64,000 bases of DNA, taken from contig CBDFKD010000002.1 of the NCBI GenBank assembly GCA_965248695.1, positions 5,568,001-5,632,000 on the forward strand, written 5' to 3'. The first letter of the stretch is position 1. Each line of letters starts with the position of its first letter. The notes under the pieces were generated by a model. That model saw nothing but the letters and a program-made list of their open reading frames with translations. It had not been told where the DNA came from and did no database searches. The stretch is from Acidobacteriota bacterium (lineage in GTDB: Bacteria > Acidobacteriota > UBA890 > WLXD01). Shown in pieces: positions 1 through 9,853 of the stretch. The translations under genes were made by a program, and so were the position numbers.

Positions 1-486
1 CGTCTGCAGCAGGATCGGACCGGTATCGAGGCCCTCGTCCATCAGCATCGTGGTCACCCCGGTGACCACATCGCCGGCGAGAATCGCACCCTGGATCGGG
101 GTGGCACCGCGATGACGGGGCAGCAGCGAAACGTGCACGTTGACACAACCGTGGCGCGGCAACTGCAGAATCGCCGGCGGCAGGATGAGACCATAGGCGA
201 ATACGACGATGACGTCCGGGAGGTAGGCGCGGATTGCTTCGCTGGCCGCGGAATCACGTAGGGTTGCCGGCTGCTCGACGGCGACTCCGTGGTCAGCTGC
301 CCAGGCCTTCACCGGCGACATCACCGGCAGTCGTCCGCGACCGGCGCGCCGATCCGGCTGCGTGGCGACGCCCACCACGTGCTCGATATCGGCCAGCGTT
401 GCGAGCGTAGGCACCGCGATCGCGGGCGTGCCCATGAAGAAGACTCGTAGGCCGGCGGGCGGCCCGGCACTACCACTCTCCGGCAC
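1..486 (-). CDS. fmt: methionyl-tRNA formyltransferase (5' part; runs off the window edge)
   Basis: Not in the ORF track; hand translation from GTG at 486 gives LRVFFMGTP...VATQPDR...AYGLILP...CVNVHVSLLPRHRGATPIQ...MDEGLDTGPIL, the Fmt motifs; overlaps the def stop. Confidence 0.93.
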   Translation of the reverse strand, partial: MPESGSAGPPAGLRVFFMGTPAIAVPTLATLADIEHVVGVATQPDRRAGRGRLPVMSPVKAWAADHGVAVEQPATLRDSAASEAIRAYLPDVIVVFAYGLILPPAILQLPRHGCVNVHVSLLPRHRGATPIQGAILAGDVVTGVTTMLMDEGLDTGPILLQT

Positions 487-982
487 GAATCTTCTTCTGG
501 ATCTTGCGCCGGGCCAGGTCTCGTTTCAGTGGCGAAACGCGCCGGAGGAACAGCACGCCGTCGAGATGATCAATCTCGTGATGCAGGCATCGCGCCAACA
601 ACTCGTCCGCCTCCATACGGAAAGACTCGCCGTCGAGATCCTGTGCCTCGACCACGATCTGCTCCGGGCGTGGCACGATCAGCGTCAGGTCGGGAAACGA
701 CAGACAACCCTCATCCTCGCTGACGCTGCCGCTCTCGGCCACAACGACCGGGTTCACCAGCACCAGGAGTTGGTCGGGTTCGGCGCCGGCCGACAGATCG
801 ATCACTGAGAGACGCTCGGAGCGACCGATCTGAGGTGCCGCTAGACCGATGCCGGGAGCCGCATGCATCGTCGCCGTCATGTCGTCGGCCAGAGCTCGCA
901 GCTCGTCATCGAAGCACTCGACGACTTCGGTGGGCTTTTCAAGGCGTGGGTCGGGATACTTGAGGATGGTGAGAAGGGCCAT
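470..982 (-). CDS. def: peptide deformylase
   Basis: GIGLAAPQIG, EGCLS and HEIDH motifs; def-fmt gene pair. Confidence 0.97.
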   Translation of the reverse strand: MALLTILKYPDPRLEKPTEVVECFDDELRALADDMTATMHAAPGIGLAAPQIGRSERLSVIDLSAGAEPDQLLVLVNPVVVAESGSVSEDEGCLSFPDLTLIVPRPEQIVVEAQDLDGESFRMEADELLARCLHHEIDHLDGVLFLRRVSPLKRDLARRKIQKKIRAGEW

Positions 983-1032
983 TGCTCGTGACCGGGTCGG
1001 GGCAACAGGAGGCCTCAGGATACCATCGCCTC

Positions 1033-1773
1033 ATGCGACTGAAGCTCACGCTTGCCTACGTCGGAACGGCCTATGCAGGTTGGCAACGCCAGCCCGAATC
1101 GCCGACCATACAGGCCAGCCTCGAGGAGGCCGCGGCGCCGATCGCGGGTGCCGCCACAACGGTTGCCGGCGCCAGTCGAACCGATGCCGGGGTGCACGCA
1201 CGCGGCCAGGTGGGCCACTTCGATACCGACCTCGAGCGATCGCCCGAGGTGCTTCTGGCGGCTCTTAATGCGCGTTTGCCGCGCGATATACGAGTGCTGG
1301 AATGCGGTGTCGCATCTGACACGTTCCACGCCCGCCACTCGGCGGTCGAGAAGCTCTACGCGTACAGGATCGACAATCGACCGGTGGCATCTCCGTTCCG
1401 GGCACCGTACGCGTGGCATGTAGCTGCCAGGCTCGATCTGGCGGCGATGCAGCGGGCCGCTGAGCATCTTCACGGCCCCCTGGACCAGCGCGCGTTCTCC
1501 ACCCAGCCGGTCGACGGCGGCCGCCCCGACCGCCCCCTCGAATCGATCAGCGTGGAGGGCGAACCGGATATCGTGATCCGCGTCTGTGGCCGCAGCTTCC
1601 TGAGGTACGCCGTGCGCGGAATGGTCGGAACGCTGGTCGAAGTGGGCCTCGGCCGACGGCGTCCGAGCGATCTCGCAAAGCTGGCGCGATCCGGCGATCG
1701 TGCCTCCGCCGGCGCCACCGCACCGGCCCACGGACTGTGCCTGGAGGCGGTGCGCTACGAGGCTGGCGCCTAG
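1033..1773 (+). CDS. truA: tRNA pseudouridine(38-40) synthase
   Basis: AYVGTAYAGWQRQ, ASRTDAGVHARGQ and TAPAHGLCL motifs; start placed at ATG 1033. Confidence 0.95.
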   Translation: MRLKLTLAYVGTAYAGWQRQPESPTIQASLEEAAAPIAGAATTVAGASRTDAGVHARGQVGHFDTDLERSPEVLLAALNARLPRDIRVLECGVASDTFHARHSAVEKLYAYRIDNRPVASPFRAPYAWHVAARLDLAAMQRAAEHLHGPLDQRAFSTQPVDGGRPDRPLESISVEGEPDIVIRVCGRSFLRYAVRGMVGTLVEVGLGRRRPSDLAKLARSGDRASAGATAPAHGLCLEAVRYEAGA

Positions 1774-1832
1774 CGCGGCCGGCCGAGGAAGGCGGTACAC
1801 TCACCATCTCCACTACCGCGCGAGCGACCGCC

Positions 1833-2849
1833 ATGTCGATGTACGTCTTGGTCACGGGAGGCGCCGGCTACGTCGGCGCCAACGTTGTTCGCGCGTTGAT
1901 CGATGCCGAGCATCGCGTATGCGTGCTAGACGACCTGTCGTCGGGACACCGCGCCGCACTGCCCGCCGACGTCGAGCTCATCGTCGGTACCTGCGGCGAC
2001 CGCGCGGCGCTCGACGCGGTGCCCCAGCGACCCGATGGCGTGATGCACATGGCGGCGAGATGCTCGGTGGCGGAGTCGATGCAGAATCCGCGCGCCTACT
2101 ACGACGTCAACCTCGGGCAGAGCATCGTCTTGCTGGATTGGATGGTGGATCGCAGCATCGGCTGGGTGGTGCATTCGTCGACCGCCGCGGTGTACGGGAC
2201 ACCGGACCGTATCCCCATCGACGAGTCCACGCCGACGAGACCGATCAATGCGTACGGGGCTACCAAGCTGGCGGTCGATCGTGCCATCGGCTACTACGCT
2301 GGCGCCTACGGGCTGCGCGGCATCGCGCTGCGCTATTTCAACGCCGCCGGGGCGCAACCGGACGGGTCGCTCGGCGAGGACAAGACCCCGGCCAGCAACC
2401 TCGTACCGAACGTGCTGGCGGTCGCCGGGGGCAGGAAGGAAGCGGTCACCGTTTACGGCAACGACTACGACACCATCGACGGCAGCGCGCTGCGCGACTA
2501 CATCCACGTATGCGATCTTGCAGCCGCCCACGTCGCTGCCATGCGGAGTATGGAATCCGTAGACGGTAGCGCTGTGTTCAACCTCGGTACCGAGAACGGC
2601 TCGACCGTCATGCAGGTCATCGAGGCAGCCCGCGAGGTGACCGGCCACCCGATCCCCGTAACACCCGCGCCGAACCGACCGGGGGACCCGCCGGCGCTGG
2701 TGGCGGCCTCGTCTCGTGCTCGCGACGAGCTCGGCTGGCGCCCCCGCCGCTCGGACCTGAAGACGCTGCTGGGCGACGCGTGGGCATGGCATCGCTCGCA
2801 CCCTGCTGGCTACGCGGTGGAACCCGCGCAGAAGCGACAACTCGAATGA
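1833..2849 (+). CDS. galE: UDP-glucose 4-epimerase
   Basis: VTGGAGYVG, SSTAAVYG, YGATK, LRYFNAAGA and RDYIHV motifs. Confidence 0.93.
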   Translation: MSMYVLVTGGAGYVGANVVRALIDAEHRVCVLDDLSSGHRAALPADVELIVGTCGDRAALDAVPQRPDGVMHMAARCSVAESMQNPRAYYDVNLGQSIVLLDWMVDRSIGWVVHSSTAAVYGTPDRIPIDESTPTRPINAYGATKLAVDRAIGYYAGAYGLRGIALRYFNAAGAQPDGSLGEDKTPASNLVPNVLAVAGGRKEAVTVYGNDYDTIDGSALRDYIHVCDLAAAHVAAMRSMESVDGSAVFNLGTENGSTVMQVIEAAREVTGHPIPVTPAPNRPGDPPALVAASSRARDELGWRPRRSDLKTLLGDAWAWHRSHPAGYAVEPAQKRQLE

Positions 2850-3637
2850 AGCGCCTCGCGACTGCCGCAGTGATCATCGCCTTACTGCTGGCAGTGCTGC
2901 GCCTCCCCTGGCAGGCGTTCGCCCTCATGATGGCGACCGTGTTGCTGCTGGCATGGAGCGAGTACGCGCGCCTGATCCGCGATCTCGGCGGGTCACCGGC
3001 CTCCCTGGTCGGCGCTGTGGTGGCGCTCGGATGCGCCCTGTCATTCGGGTTGTCGAGCCCGGGTGCCCCCCTACCCTGGCTCCTTCTGGGCATCGTGGCT
3101 GCAACGGTCGCCTGCCTACGCCTCGGTTACACCGAGCCGACGAGGTTCGTCGGATCCCTGGCCGCGACGCTCTGCGGCATTGTCTGGTTAGGGCTGTTGG
3201 CCGGCGCCCACATCGGCGTGCGCCGCCTGCCGGACGGGGCTACGTGGCTACTGTTCGTCTACGCTGCGGTGGCGGTCGGAGACTCCGCGGCGCTGTACGG
3301 TGGCACCGCCTTCGGGCGTCGGAAGCTGGCGCCGTTCCTGTCGCCGAACAAGACGATCGAGGGGACCGTTTCAGGGATCGCTGGCAGCGCCGCCGCCGGA
3401 GCCGTTGTCGGGATGTGGCTGCCGGTGACAAATATGCAGGCGGTGGGGTTGGCGGTGCTGCTCGGGGCAACCGGACAGGTTGGCGATCTGATGGAGTCGG
3501 CGCTCAAGCGGGCGGCCGGGGTCAAGGATTCCTCGACGTTGCTACCCGGGCACGGCGGCGTGCTCGACCGCATCGATTCCCACCTTCCGGCGGGCGCCGT
3601 TCTCTACCTCGTGTTGACCGCTGGATGGCTCCGGTAG
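2846..3637 (+). CDS. cdsA: phosphatidate cytidylyltransferase
   Basis: Multi-TM; SPNKTIEG, GDLMESALKR, KDSSTLLPGHGGVLDRIDS; ATG overlaps the galE stop (ATGA). Confidence 0.95.
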   Translation: MKRLATAAVIIALLLAVLRLPWQAFALMMATVLLLAWSEYARLIRDLGGSPASLVGAVVALGCALSFGLSSPGAPLPWLLLGIVAATVACLRLGYTEPTRFVGSLAATLCGIVWLGLLAGAHIGVRRLPDGATWLLFVYAAVAVGDSAALYGGTAFGRRKLAPFLSPNKTIEGTVSGIAGSAAAGAVVGMWLPVTNMQAVGLAVLLGATGQVGDLMESALKRAAGVKDSSTLLPGHGGVLDRIDSHLPAGAVLYLVLTAGWLR

Positions 3638-3734
3638 GCCGCTCACGCGAGTGACCGTGCGCTGATCGTCTGACGCCTGCTACTGTAAAGTTCCTCCCGT
3701 CGGCTGCTCGCTTCGCTTTCTCCACAAGGGTTCC

Positions 3735-5078
3735 ATGCTCGACGTCGCTGTAAACACTCTGGCGCTCCTGTTCGTGCTCGGCGTGCTCATTTTTGTGCAC
3801 GAGCTCGGCCACTTCCTGGTGGCGAAGTACTTCGGCGTCGGCGTCGAGGTGTTCTCGCTCGGCTTCGGCAAGCGCGTTGCCGGATTCCGGCGCGGTGATA
3901 CCGACTACCGTCTCAGCCTGCTGCCGCTGGGCGGCTACGTGAAGATGGTTGGCGAGAACCCCGACGAGGATCTCACCGGCGCCGAAAACGAGTACCTGGG
4001 CAAGCCGAAATGGCAACGCTTCCTGGTGCTGCTGGCCGGGCCGGTGATGAACATCGCCCTGGCGTTCATCCTCACCGTGGGCTACTACCAACTCGGCATC
4101 CGTGTCCCGGCGGATGCCAACGACCCGGTCGTCATTGGCCTGGTGCAGGCCGACTCCCCCGCCGCCGCCGCCGGACTCCTGCCCGGAGATCGCGTCGTAC
4201 GCGTCGACGGCGAAGACATGCCGAACTGGGAGCAGTTCCGCGTCCGGATCCTCATCTCCGCCAATCAGACGATCAGCCTCGGAGTCGTTCGCGGTCGAGC
4301 AGAGATCGACGTGCCGATAACGCCGATGTCTTCCGGCGAACAGGGTACCGGCCTGATCGGCGTGACCGCTCCGGTTCCGCCCGAAGTGGGACCGGTCGCG
4401 GACGCGGGGATGGCCGCCGACGCCGGGTTGCAGCCCGGTGACCTGATCGTCGGAATCGACGGCGAGCTCATCTCCCATTGGAACCGCCTCGTCGAGCTGT
4501 TGAGCAACGGCGCCGGCCAGCAGTTGATGCTGTCGGTGGATCGAGCCGGTAGTCGCTTCGAGACGACGCTGACCCCGAGCGTCACCGACAACGACGTGCT
4601 CGACGTCGGCTTCGTTCCCAATCCAGACAACTTCTTCGAGGTGCGCAGTTATCCGCTGGGCCAGGCGATGGTGGAGGCGGGAAGAGAGCTGCGCAGGCAA
4701 TCCGTACTGCTGGGGGAGATCCTCAAACGTCTGTTCACCGGTCGCATGTCGGTGCGAACGCTGTCGGGACCGATCGAGATCGCGCGCTTCTCGGGCAACG
4801 CCACCCGCACTGGAGACCCATCGGTGGTGATGTCGTTCATGGCCTTCATCAGCCTGCAGCTGGGCATTCTGAACCTGCTGCCGATCGCCGTGCTCGACGG
4901 CGGACAGATCGCCTTGATTCTCTTCGAGGGCGCCATCCGACGCGACCTGTCGCTCCAGGTCAAGGAGCGCATCATGCAGGTGGGCCTGGTGATCCTGGTG
5001 TCGCTGATGGCGGTAGTGCTGACCCTTGACGTCAGCAAGGCGATTCCCGATTCGTGGCTGGCCTGGTTGCCGTTCTGA
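3735..5078 (+). CDS. rseP: RIP metalloprotease RseP (M50, two PDZ domains)
   Basis: HELGH, LPLGGYVKM and NLLPIAVLDGG motifs. Confidence 0.95.
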   Translation: MLDVAVNTLALLFVLGVLIFVHELGHFLVAKYFGVGVEVFSLGFGKRVAGFRRGDTDYRLSLLPLGGYVKMVGENPDEDLTGAENEYLGKPKWQRFLVLLAGPVMNIALAFILTVGYYQLGIRVPADANDPVVIGLVQADSPAAAAGLLPGDRVVRVDGEDMPNWEQFRVRILISANQTISLGVVRGRAEIDVPITPMSSGEQGTGLIGVTAPVPPEVGPVADAGMAADAGLQPGDLIVGIDGELISHWNRLVELLSNGAGQQLMLSVDRAGSRFETTLTPSVTDNDVLDVGFVPNPDNFFEVRSYPLGQAMVEAGRELRRQSVLLGEILKRLFTGRMSVRTLSGPIEIARFSGNATRTGDPSVVMSFMAFISLQLGILNLLPIAVLDGGQIALILFEGAIRRDLSLQVKERIMQVGLVILVSLMAVVLTLDVSKAIPDSWLAWLPF

Positions 5079-5190
5079 GCCCGTCGCAGGTCCGCGGCGC
5101 CGGGATCCGGAATCGGAACTTACGGCGGCGGCGCCACGTAACCTCAGGTACCGGTCCACTCTCGAGATCGGCCCGAAACGGAGAGTCCTC

Positions 5191-5922
5191 ATGAAGATAA
5201 CCGTTGAGCATCGGCCGTCGTACGCACTCGGAATCGTCGAGCTGGAGGCGGGCGAGTCGGTAAAGGCGGAGACCGGGGCTATGGTCTCCATGAGCGGCAA
5301 CGTGCAGGTGGAGAGCGGCGTCCAGGGCGGCCTGCTGAAGGGCGCGATGCGCAAGGTGTTCGGCGGCGAATCGTTCTTCGTGAACACGTTCACGGCCGCA
5401 GGAGCCGCCGGCCACGTGACGTTCGCTCCCAGCTTGCCGGGCGACGTCGTCGATCACCTGGTCGAGGGGGATCTGTACGTCCAATCGGGCTCCTACCTTG
5501 CCGGCGACCCGGGGGTCGAGACCGACATCAAGTGGGGGGGCGCGCGCGCGTTCTTCGCCTCCGAGGGTCTGTTCCTGCTGCACCTGAAGGGGGCCGGCCA
5601 CGTTCTACTGAGCTCTTTCGGCGCCATTCACAAGGTGCCGGTCGACACCTCTCAGAGCCTGGTCATCGACACCGGCCACATCGTTGCCTTCGACTCCTCG
5701 TTGCAGTGGAAAGTGCGCAAGGTCTCTGGGATCTTCACCTCGCTGATCTCCGGGGAGGGGCTCGTAGCCGAGTTCTCCGGCACCGGCAACGTCTACCTGC
5801 AGACGCGATCCAACCAGGCGTTCCTCGACTGGTTGTTGCCCAGATTGCCGACGGCGCGCGCTTCGAGTGGGGGGCGCGGGGGTATCGGCGGCATTATCGG
5901 GAACGTCCTCGGGGGGCGTTAG
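5191..5922 (+). CDS. TIGR00266 / AIM24 family protein
   Basis: GESVKAETGAMVSM, GGESFFVNTF, IDTGHIVAF, SGEGLVAEFSGTGNVYLQTR; GGAGAG RBS before ATG 5191. Confidence 0.85.
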   Translation: MKITVEHRPSYALGIVELEAGESVKAETGAMVSMSGNVQVESGVQGGLLKGAMRKVFGGESFFVNTFTAAGAAGHVTFAPSLPGDVVDHLVEGDLYVQSGSYLAGDPGVETDIKWGGARAFFASEGLFLLHLKGAGHVLLSSFGAIHKVPVDTSQSLVIDTGHIVAFDSSLQWKVRKVSGIFTSLISGEGLVAEFSGTGNVYLQTRSNQAFLDWLLPRLPTARASSGGRGGIGGIIGNVLGGR

Positions 5923-6198
5923 TCCGCGGTCGAAGAGCGGAGCGGCACCGACGGAGGGCTCGTTCCGGCTTGTGTTCGACGATTGTTGCCACTTCCCCCA
6001 CCGGAGTCCTTCTGGAGGATTGGGACCTTCCGTCGACTGGGTGCTGCTCGTCCTGCAACGCGGAGATCGAACGGTCGATGAGGGGTGAGAAGATCAACCT
6101 CGCTCGCGCGGGACGTTCCGCCAGCAGAATCAAGTCGAATCGATCTCGGTCCTACCCCCAACTCGACAGTTCTTCAGCCGGTGAAGCTCGGAGCTAAT

Positions 6199-6379
6199 GC
6201 GGCGCGGAGCGCGGTGAGGGGGCTCGTGGGGGATCAGCCACCGATGTCCAGGCGCCGAGAGGCGGAAGACCCCCGTCTCACGCCGCCGCCGTTGCTTCCG
6301 TCGGGGGGCTTCCAACCCAGGCCGCACACCACGGTGCAGCCAGCGCCCCCGAGAGCCCCCTCACCGCGCTCCGCGCCGC
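6199..6379. repeat. 181-bp element with perfect 27-bp terminal inverted repeats (MITE-like or large palindromic element)
   Basis: GCGGCGCGGAGCGCGGTGAGGGGGCTC at 6199-6225 is the exact reverse complement of 6353-6379; internal second IR GGAAGACCCCCG / CGGGGGGCTTCC. Confidence 0.75.
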
Positions 6380-6393
6380 CTACCTCAGCCGCT

Positions 6394-6981
6394 TCACCCG
6401 GCCCGCAAGAATTGGCGAACACCGTCCATGAACATCTGCACCGCCAACGCCGTGAGCACCATTCCCATCAGGCGCTCGACGGCTAGCAGTCCGCGGCGTC
6501 CCAGCACTCGTCCGAGCGGCTCGGAGACGAACAGGACCGCTCCGGTGATCGCCCAGGCGATGGCCACGGCCGCCAGCCACTCGGGCCAGCGCGAGGGCTC
6601 GCGGTTCATGATCAGCAGGACGGTGGCGAGCGCCGAAGGGCCGGCGACGAACGGGATCGCCAGCGGCACGATAAAAGGCTCGCCGTCGATATCCTCGCCA
6701 CGGCCGCCGGCGGTCGGGAAGGTCATGCGGATGGCGATCAGGAAGAGGATGATGCCACCGGCGATGGTGAGCGAAGGCTCGGCGATGCCCAACACGGCCA
6801 GCAACCGAGCACCGAGAAACAGGAACGCGATCAGGGCGATGAGCGCGAACAGCAACTCGCGCGCCATCACCATCCGACGACGCCCGGCATCGACGTCGGC
6901 AAGCGCCGCCAGGAAGAAGGGGATGTTGCCGACGGGGTCAAGCACCAGCAACAGCAACAGGGTGGCGGAGAGAACGGTCAT
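6394..6981 (-). CDS. MarC family inner-membrane protein
   Basis: VLDPVGNIP, IAGGIILF, VPLAIPFVAGP and ERLMG motifs. Confidence 0.9.
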   Translation of the reverse strand: MTVLSATLLLLLVLDPVGNIPFFLAALADVDAGRRRMVMARELLFALIALIAFLFLGARLLAVLGIAEPSLTIAGGIILFLIAIRMTFPTAGGRGEDIDGEPFIVPLAIPFVAGPSALATVLLIMNREPSRWPEWLAAVAIAWAITGAVLFVSEPLGRVLGRRGLLAVERLMGMVLTALAVQMFMDGVRQFLRAG

Positions 6982-7003
6982 GCTCGTCTCCAGCTCGAAA
7001 TGC

Positions 7004-7423
7004 CTACAGCATCTCGCGTCCCGAGAAGTGGAAGGCGAGCTCCTGCGCGGCGGTCTCCGGACCGTCGGAGCCGTGCACGGAGTTGCGCTCGATGCTCTCG
7101 GCGTACAGCGCGCGGATGGTCCCGGGCTCCGCTTCCTCCGGGTTCGTTGCTCCCATCACCTGGCGCAGATGGGCAATCGCGTTCTCGCGCTCGAGGGCAA
7201 CCGCAAAGATGGGCCCGGAGGTCATGAAGTCGCACAGGCTTTCGAAGAACGGGCGCTCGCGATGCACGGCGTAGAACGCCTCCGCCTCGGCGCGAGTCAG
7301 CAGGGTTTTCTTGCAGGCCACGACGCTGAAGCCGTCCTGCTCGTAGTGGGCCAGGATCGTGCCCGCCAGGTTTCGTGCCGTGGCGTCCGGCTTGATCATG
7401 GCCAGGGTGCGCTCTACTGCCAT
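7004..7423 (-). CDS. ndk: nucleoside diphosphate kinase
   Basis: [22 protein letters not shown] and NSVHGSD motifs. Confidence 0.97.
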   Translation of the reverse strand: MAVERTLAMIKPDATARNLAGTILAHYEQDGFSVVACKKTLLTRAEAEAFYAVHRERPFFESLCDFMTSGPIFAVALERENAIAHLRQVMGATNPEEAEPGTIRALYAESIERNSVHGSDGPETAAQELAFHFSGREML

Positions 7424-7428
7424 CGGTG

Positions 7429-8358
7429 CTACTCCTCCAGCTTCGTTACGAGCTCGCGGACATGCGCCACGGAGCGGTCAAACTCTGCCTGCTCGGACTC
7501 GGTGAGCTCGATCTCCAGTACCTTCTCCATTCCGTCGATCCCCAGCACCGCCGGGACACCGACGAACAATCCGTCGACGCCGTACTCCCCTTCCAGGAAC
7601 GCCGCCACCGGTAGGATCTTCTTCTTGTCCAGCAGGATCGCCTCGACCATCTCGGCGACCGATTCGCCGGGAGCGTAGTAGGCCGATCCTGTCCCCAGCA
7701 GCTTGACGATCTCGGCGCCGCCGTTGCGGGTGCGATCAACGATCCGGCTCACCTGCTCGCTGCTCATGAGCTCGGTGATCGGTACGCCGGCCACGGTCGA
7801 GTACCGCGGCAGCGGCACCATGGTGTCGCCGTGGCCGCCGAGCACGAAGGCGTGGGTGTTCTCGACCGAAACACCGAGCTCCATGGCGATGAAGGCACGG
7901 AAGCGCGCCGAGTCTAGAACCCCGGCCATGCCCATGATCCGCTGACGCGGAAAGCCCGACTTCTGCTGCGCCACGTAGACCATGGCATCGAGCGGGTTGG
8001 TCACCAGGATCAGGATCGAATCCGGCGAGTACTTGACGACCTCCTCGACCACACCGCCGACGATCTGGACGTTCTTGAACAACAGATCGTCACGGCTCAT
8101 GCCCGGCTTGCGGGCCAGACCGGCGGTGATCACGACGATGTCGGAATCCTGCGTGTCGACATAGCTGTTGGTGCCGGCGATCTTGCAGTCGCCGCCGACG
8201 ATCGGCGTTGCCTCCATCATGTCAAGCGCCTTGCCCTGCGGCATGCCTTCGACAATGTCGACGAGGGTCACGTCTGCAAGCCGCCGATTCACCAGGCTGT
8301 AGGCGCACGTTGCCCCGACATGTCCGGCGCCAACGATGCTGACCTTCTTGAGAGCCAT
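7429..8358 (-). CDS. mdh: malate dehydrogenase (LDH-like)
   Basis: [37 protein letters not shown]; immediately follows icd. Confidence 0.96.
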   Translation of the reverse strand: MALKKVSIVGAGHVGATCAYSLVNRRLADVTLVDIVEGMPQGKALDMMEATPIVGGDCKIAGTNSYVDTQDSDIVVITAGLARKPGMSRDDLLFKNVQIVGGVVEEVVKYSPDSILILVTNPLDAMVYVAQQKSGFPRQRIMGMAGVLDSARFRAFIAMELGVSVENTHAFVLGGHGDTMVPLPRYSTVAGVPITELMSSEQVSRIVDRTRNGGAEIVKLLGTGSAYYAPGESVAEMVEAILLDKKKILPVAAFLEGEYGVDGLFVGVPAVLGIDGMEKVLEIELTESEQAEFDRSVAHVRELVTKLEE

Positions 8359-8361
8359 GAC

Positions 8362-9612
8362 TCAGTTCTCCATGTTGTCGACGAGCGCCCGACCGAACTC
8401 CGAGCAGCTCAACAGCTTCGCGCCTTCCATTTGGCGCTCGAGATCGTAGGTAACTGTCTTCTCGTGCAACGTCCTCTCCAGGGCACGCTCGATCAGCCGC
8501 GCCGCCTCCGGCCAGCCGAGGTGGTCGAACATCATGACGCCGCTGAGAATCAGTGAGGACGGGTTCACCTTGTCTTGTCCGGCGTACTTGGGGGCGGTGC
8601 CGTGCGTCGGCTCGAAGAGCGCCACTTCATCGCTCATGTTGGCCCCCGGCGCCACACCGAGCCCACCGACCTGCGCCGCGGTCGCATCGGAGATGTAATC
8701 GCCGTTCAGGTTCGGGGTGGCGATGAGGTCGTACTCGGATGGCCGCAACAGCACTTGCTGGAACATGGCGTCTGCGATGCGGTCCTTGATGACAACTTTG
8801 CCCGCCGGCACCTCCCCGCCGTGGTCGTCCCAGAGCTCCGTCTCGGTGAGCGTGACGTCGGCGAACTCCTCGCGGGCGAGCTCGTAGCCCCAGGCGCAGA
8901 AGGCGCCCTCGGTGAACTTCATGATGTTGCCTTTGTGCATCAGGGTGACGCTTGCACGGTCGTGATCGAGGGCATAGCGGATCGCCTTGCGCACGAGCCT
9001 CTTGGATCCGTACGCCGACATCGGTTTGATGCCGATGCCGCTGTCAGGGCGGATCTCGGCGCCGAGCTCGGTGCGCATGTACTCGATAGCAAGCGCCGCC
9101 TGCTCGCTGCCGGCCTCCCACTCGATGCCCGAATAAACGTCCTCGGTGTTTTCGCGAAAGATCACCACGTCGAGCTTTTCGGGCTCGCGCACCGGCGATG
9201 GCGTACCCCGGTAGTACTTCACCGGTCGCACGCAGGCATACAGATCCAGCCGCTGGCGGAGCGCCACATTCAGGCTACGCATGCCGCCACCTACCGGTGT
9301 CGTCATCGGACCCTTGATGGCAACGCGGTAGTGGCTGATGGCATCGAGGGTGCTCTGCGGCAGCCATTCGCCCACCTCGGCGTGCGCCTTGCCGCCAGCA
9401 AGCAGTTCCATCCAGGCAATGGAGCGAGCGCCGCCGTACGCCGCCGAGACGGCGCCGTCGAACACGTGTCGCGCTGCCACCCAGATATCGGCGCCGATTC
9501 CGTCGCCTTCTAGCCAGCACACGATCGGGCGATCAGAGACGACGAGCTGTCCCTGGCTATCGAGCTCTATACGGACGCCATCTGCTGGCGGCGTGATGCT
9601 CTCGGCGGACAT
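8362..9612 (-). CDS. icd: NADP-dependent isocitrate dehydrogenase
   Basis: [58 protein letters not shown]; start placed at ATG 9612. Confidence 0.96.
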   Translation of the reverse strand: MSAESITPPADGVRIELDSQGQLVVSDRPIVCWLEGDGIGADIWVAARHVFDGAVSAAYGGARSIAWMELLAGGKAHAEVGEWLPQSTLDAISHYRVAIKGPMTTPVGGGMRSLNVALRQRLDLYACVRPVKYYRGTPSPVREPEKLDVVIFRENTEDVYSGIEWEAGSEQAALAIEYMRTELGAEIRPDSGIGIKPMSAYGSKRLVRKAIRYALDHDRASVTLMHKGNIMKFTEGAFCAWGYELAREEFADVTLTETELWDDHGGEVPAGKVVIKDRIADAMFQQVLLRPSEYDLIATPNLNGDYISDATAAQVGGLGVAPGANMSDEVALFEPTHGTAPKYAGQDKVNPSSLILSGVMMFDHLGWPEAARLIERALERTLHEKTVTYDLERQMEGAKLLSCSEFGRALVDNMEN

Positions 9613-9853
9613 GTCGGCCTCTCGTGGTCGGCTGTCGAATGTGCTCGGTTGCGCGTGGGCCGATCGGCGCGGCGGTCCGAGGACGCGCTCGCTAGCGCGT
9701 TGGACGACAGGCAAGGTGCGGATCGGTGGCGGCCGCCAGCGAGACACCGAGCACCGTCGAAACGCAAGCTATCACGGGCTCCCGGGGGGTTCAAACAGCG
9801 CCGGGCCAGACCCGGAATTGGCTCGCAACGGTCGTGTTGCGGCCACCGGCGGC

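Noticed and set aside
3522-5393. Long antisense ORFs (also 10641-12683, 21282-23135, 31502-32914, 6428-7678)
   Set aside because: They are shadows of well-supported genes on the other strand, expected in high-GC DNA, and contain no motifs
6030-6060. Minus-strand CAGG...AGCAGC as SRP RNA
   Set aside because: The GNRA-capped stem between CAGG and AGCAG is missing
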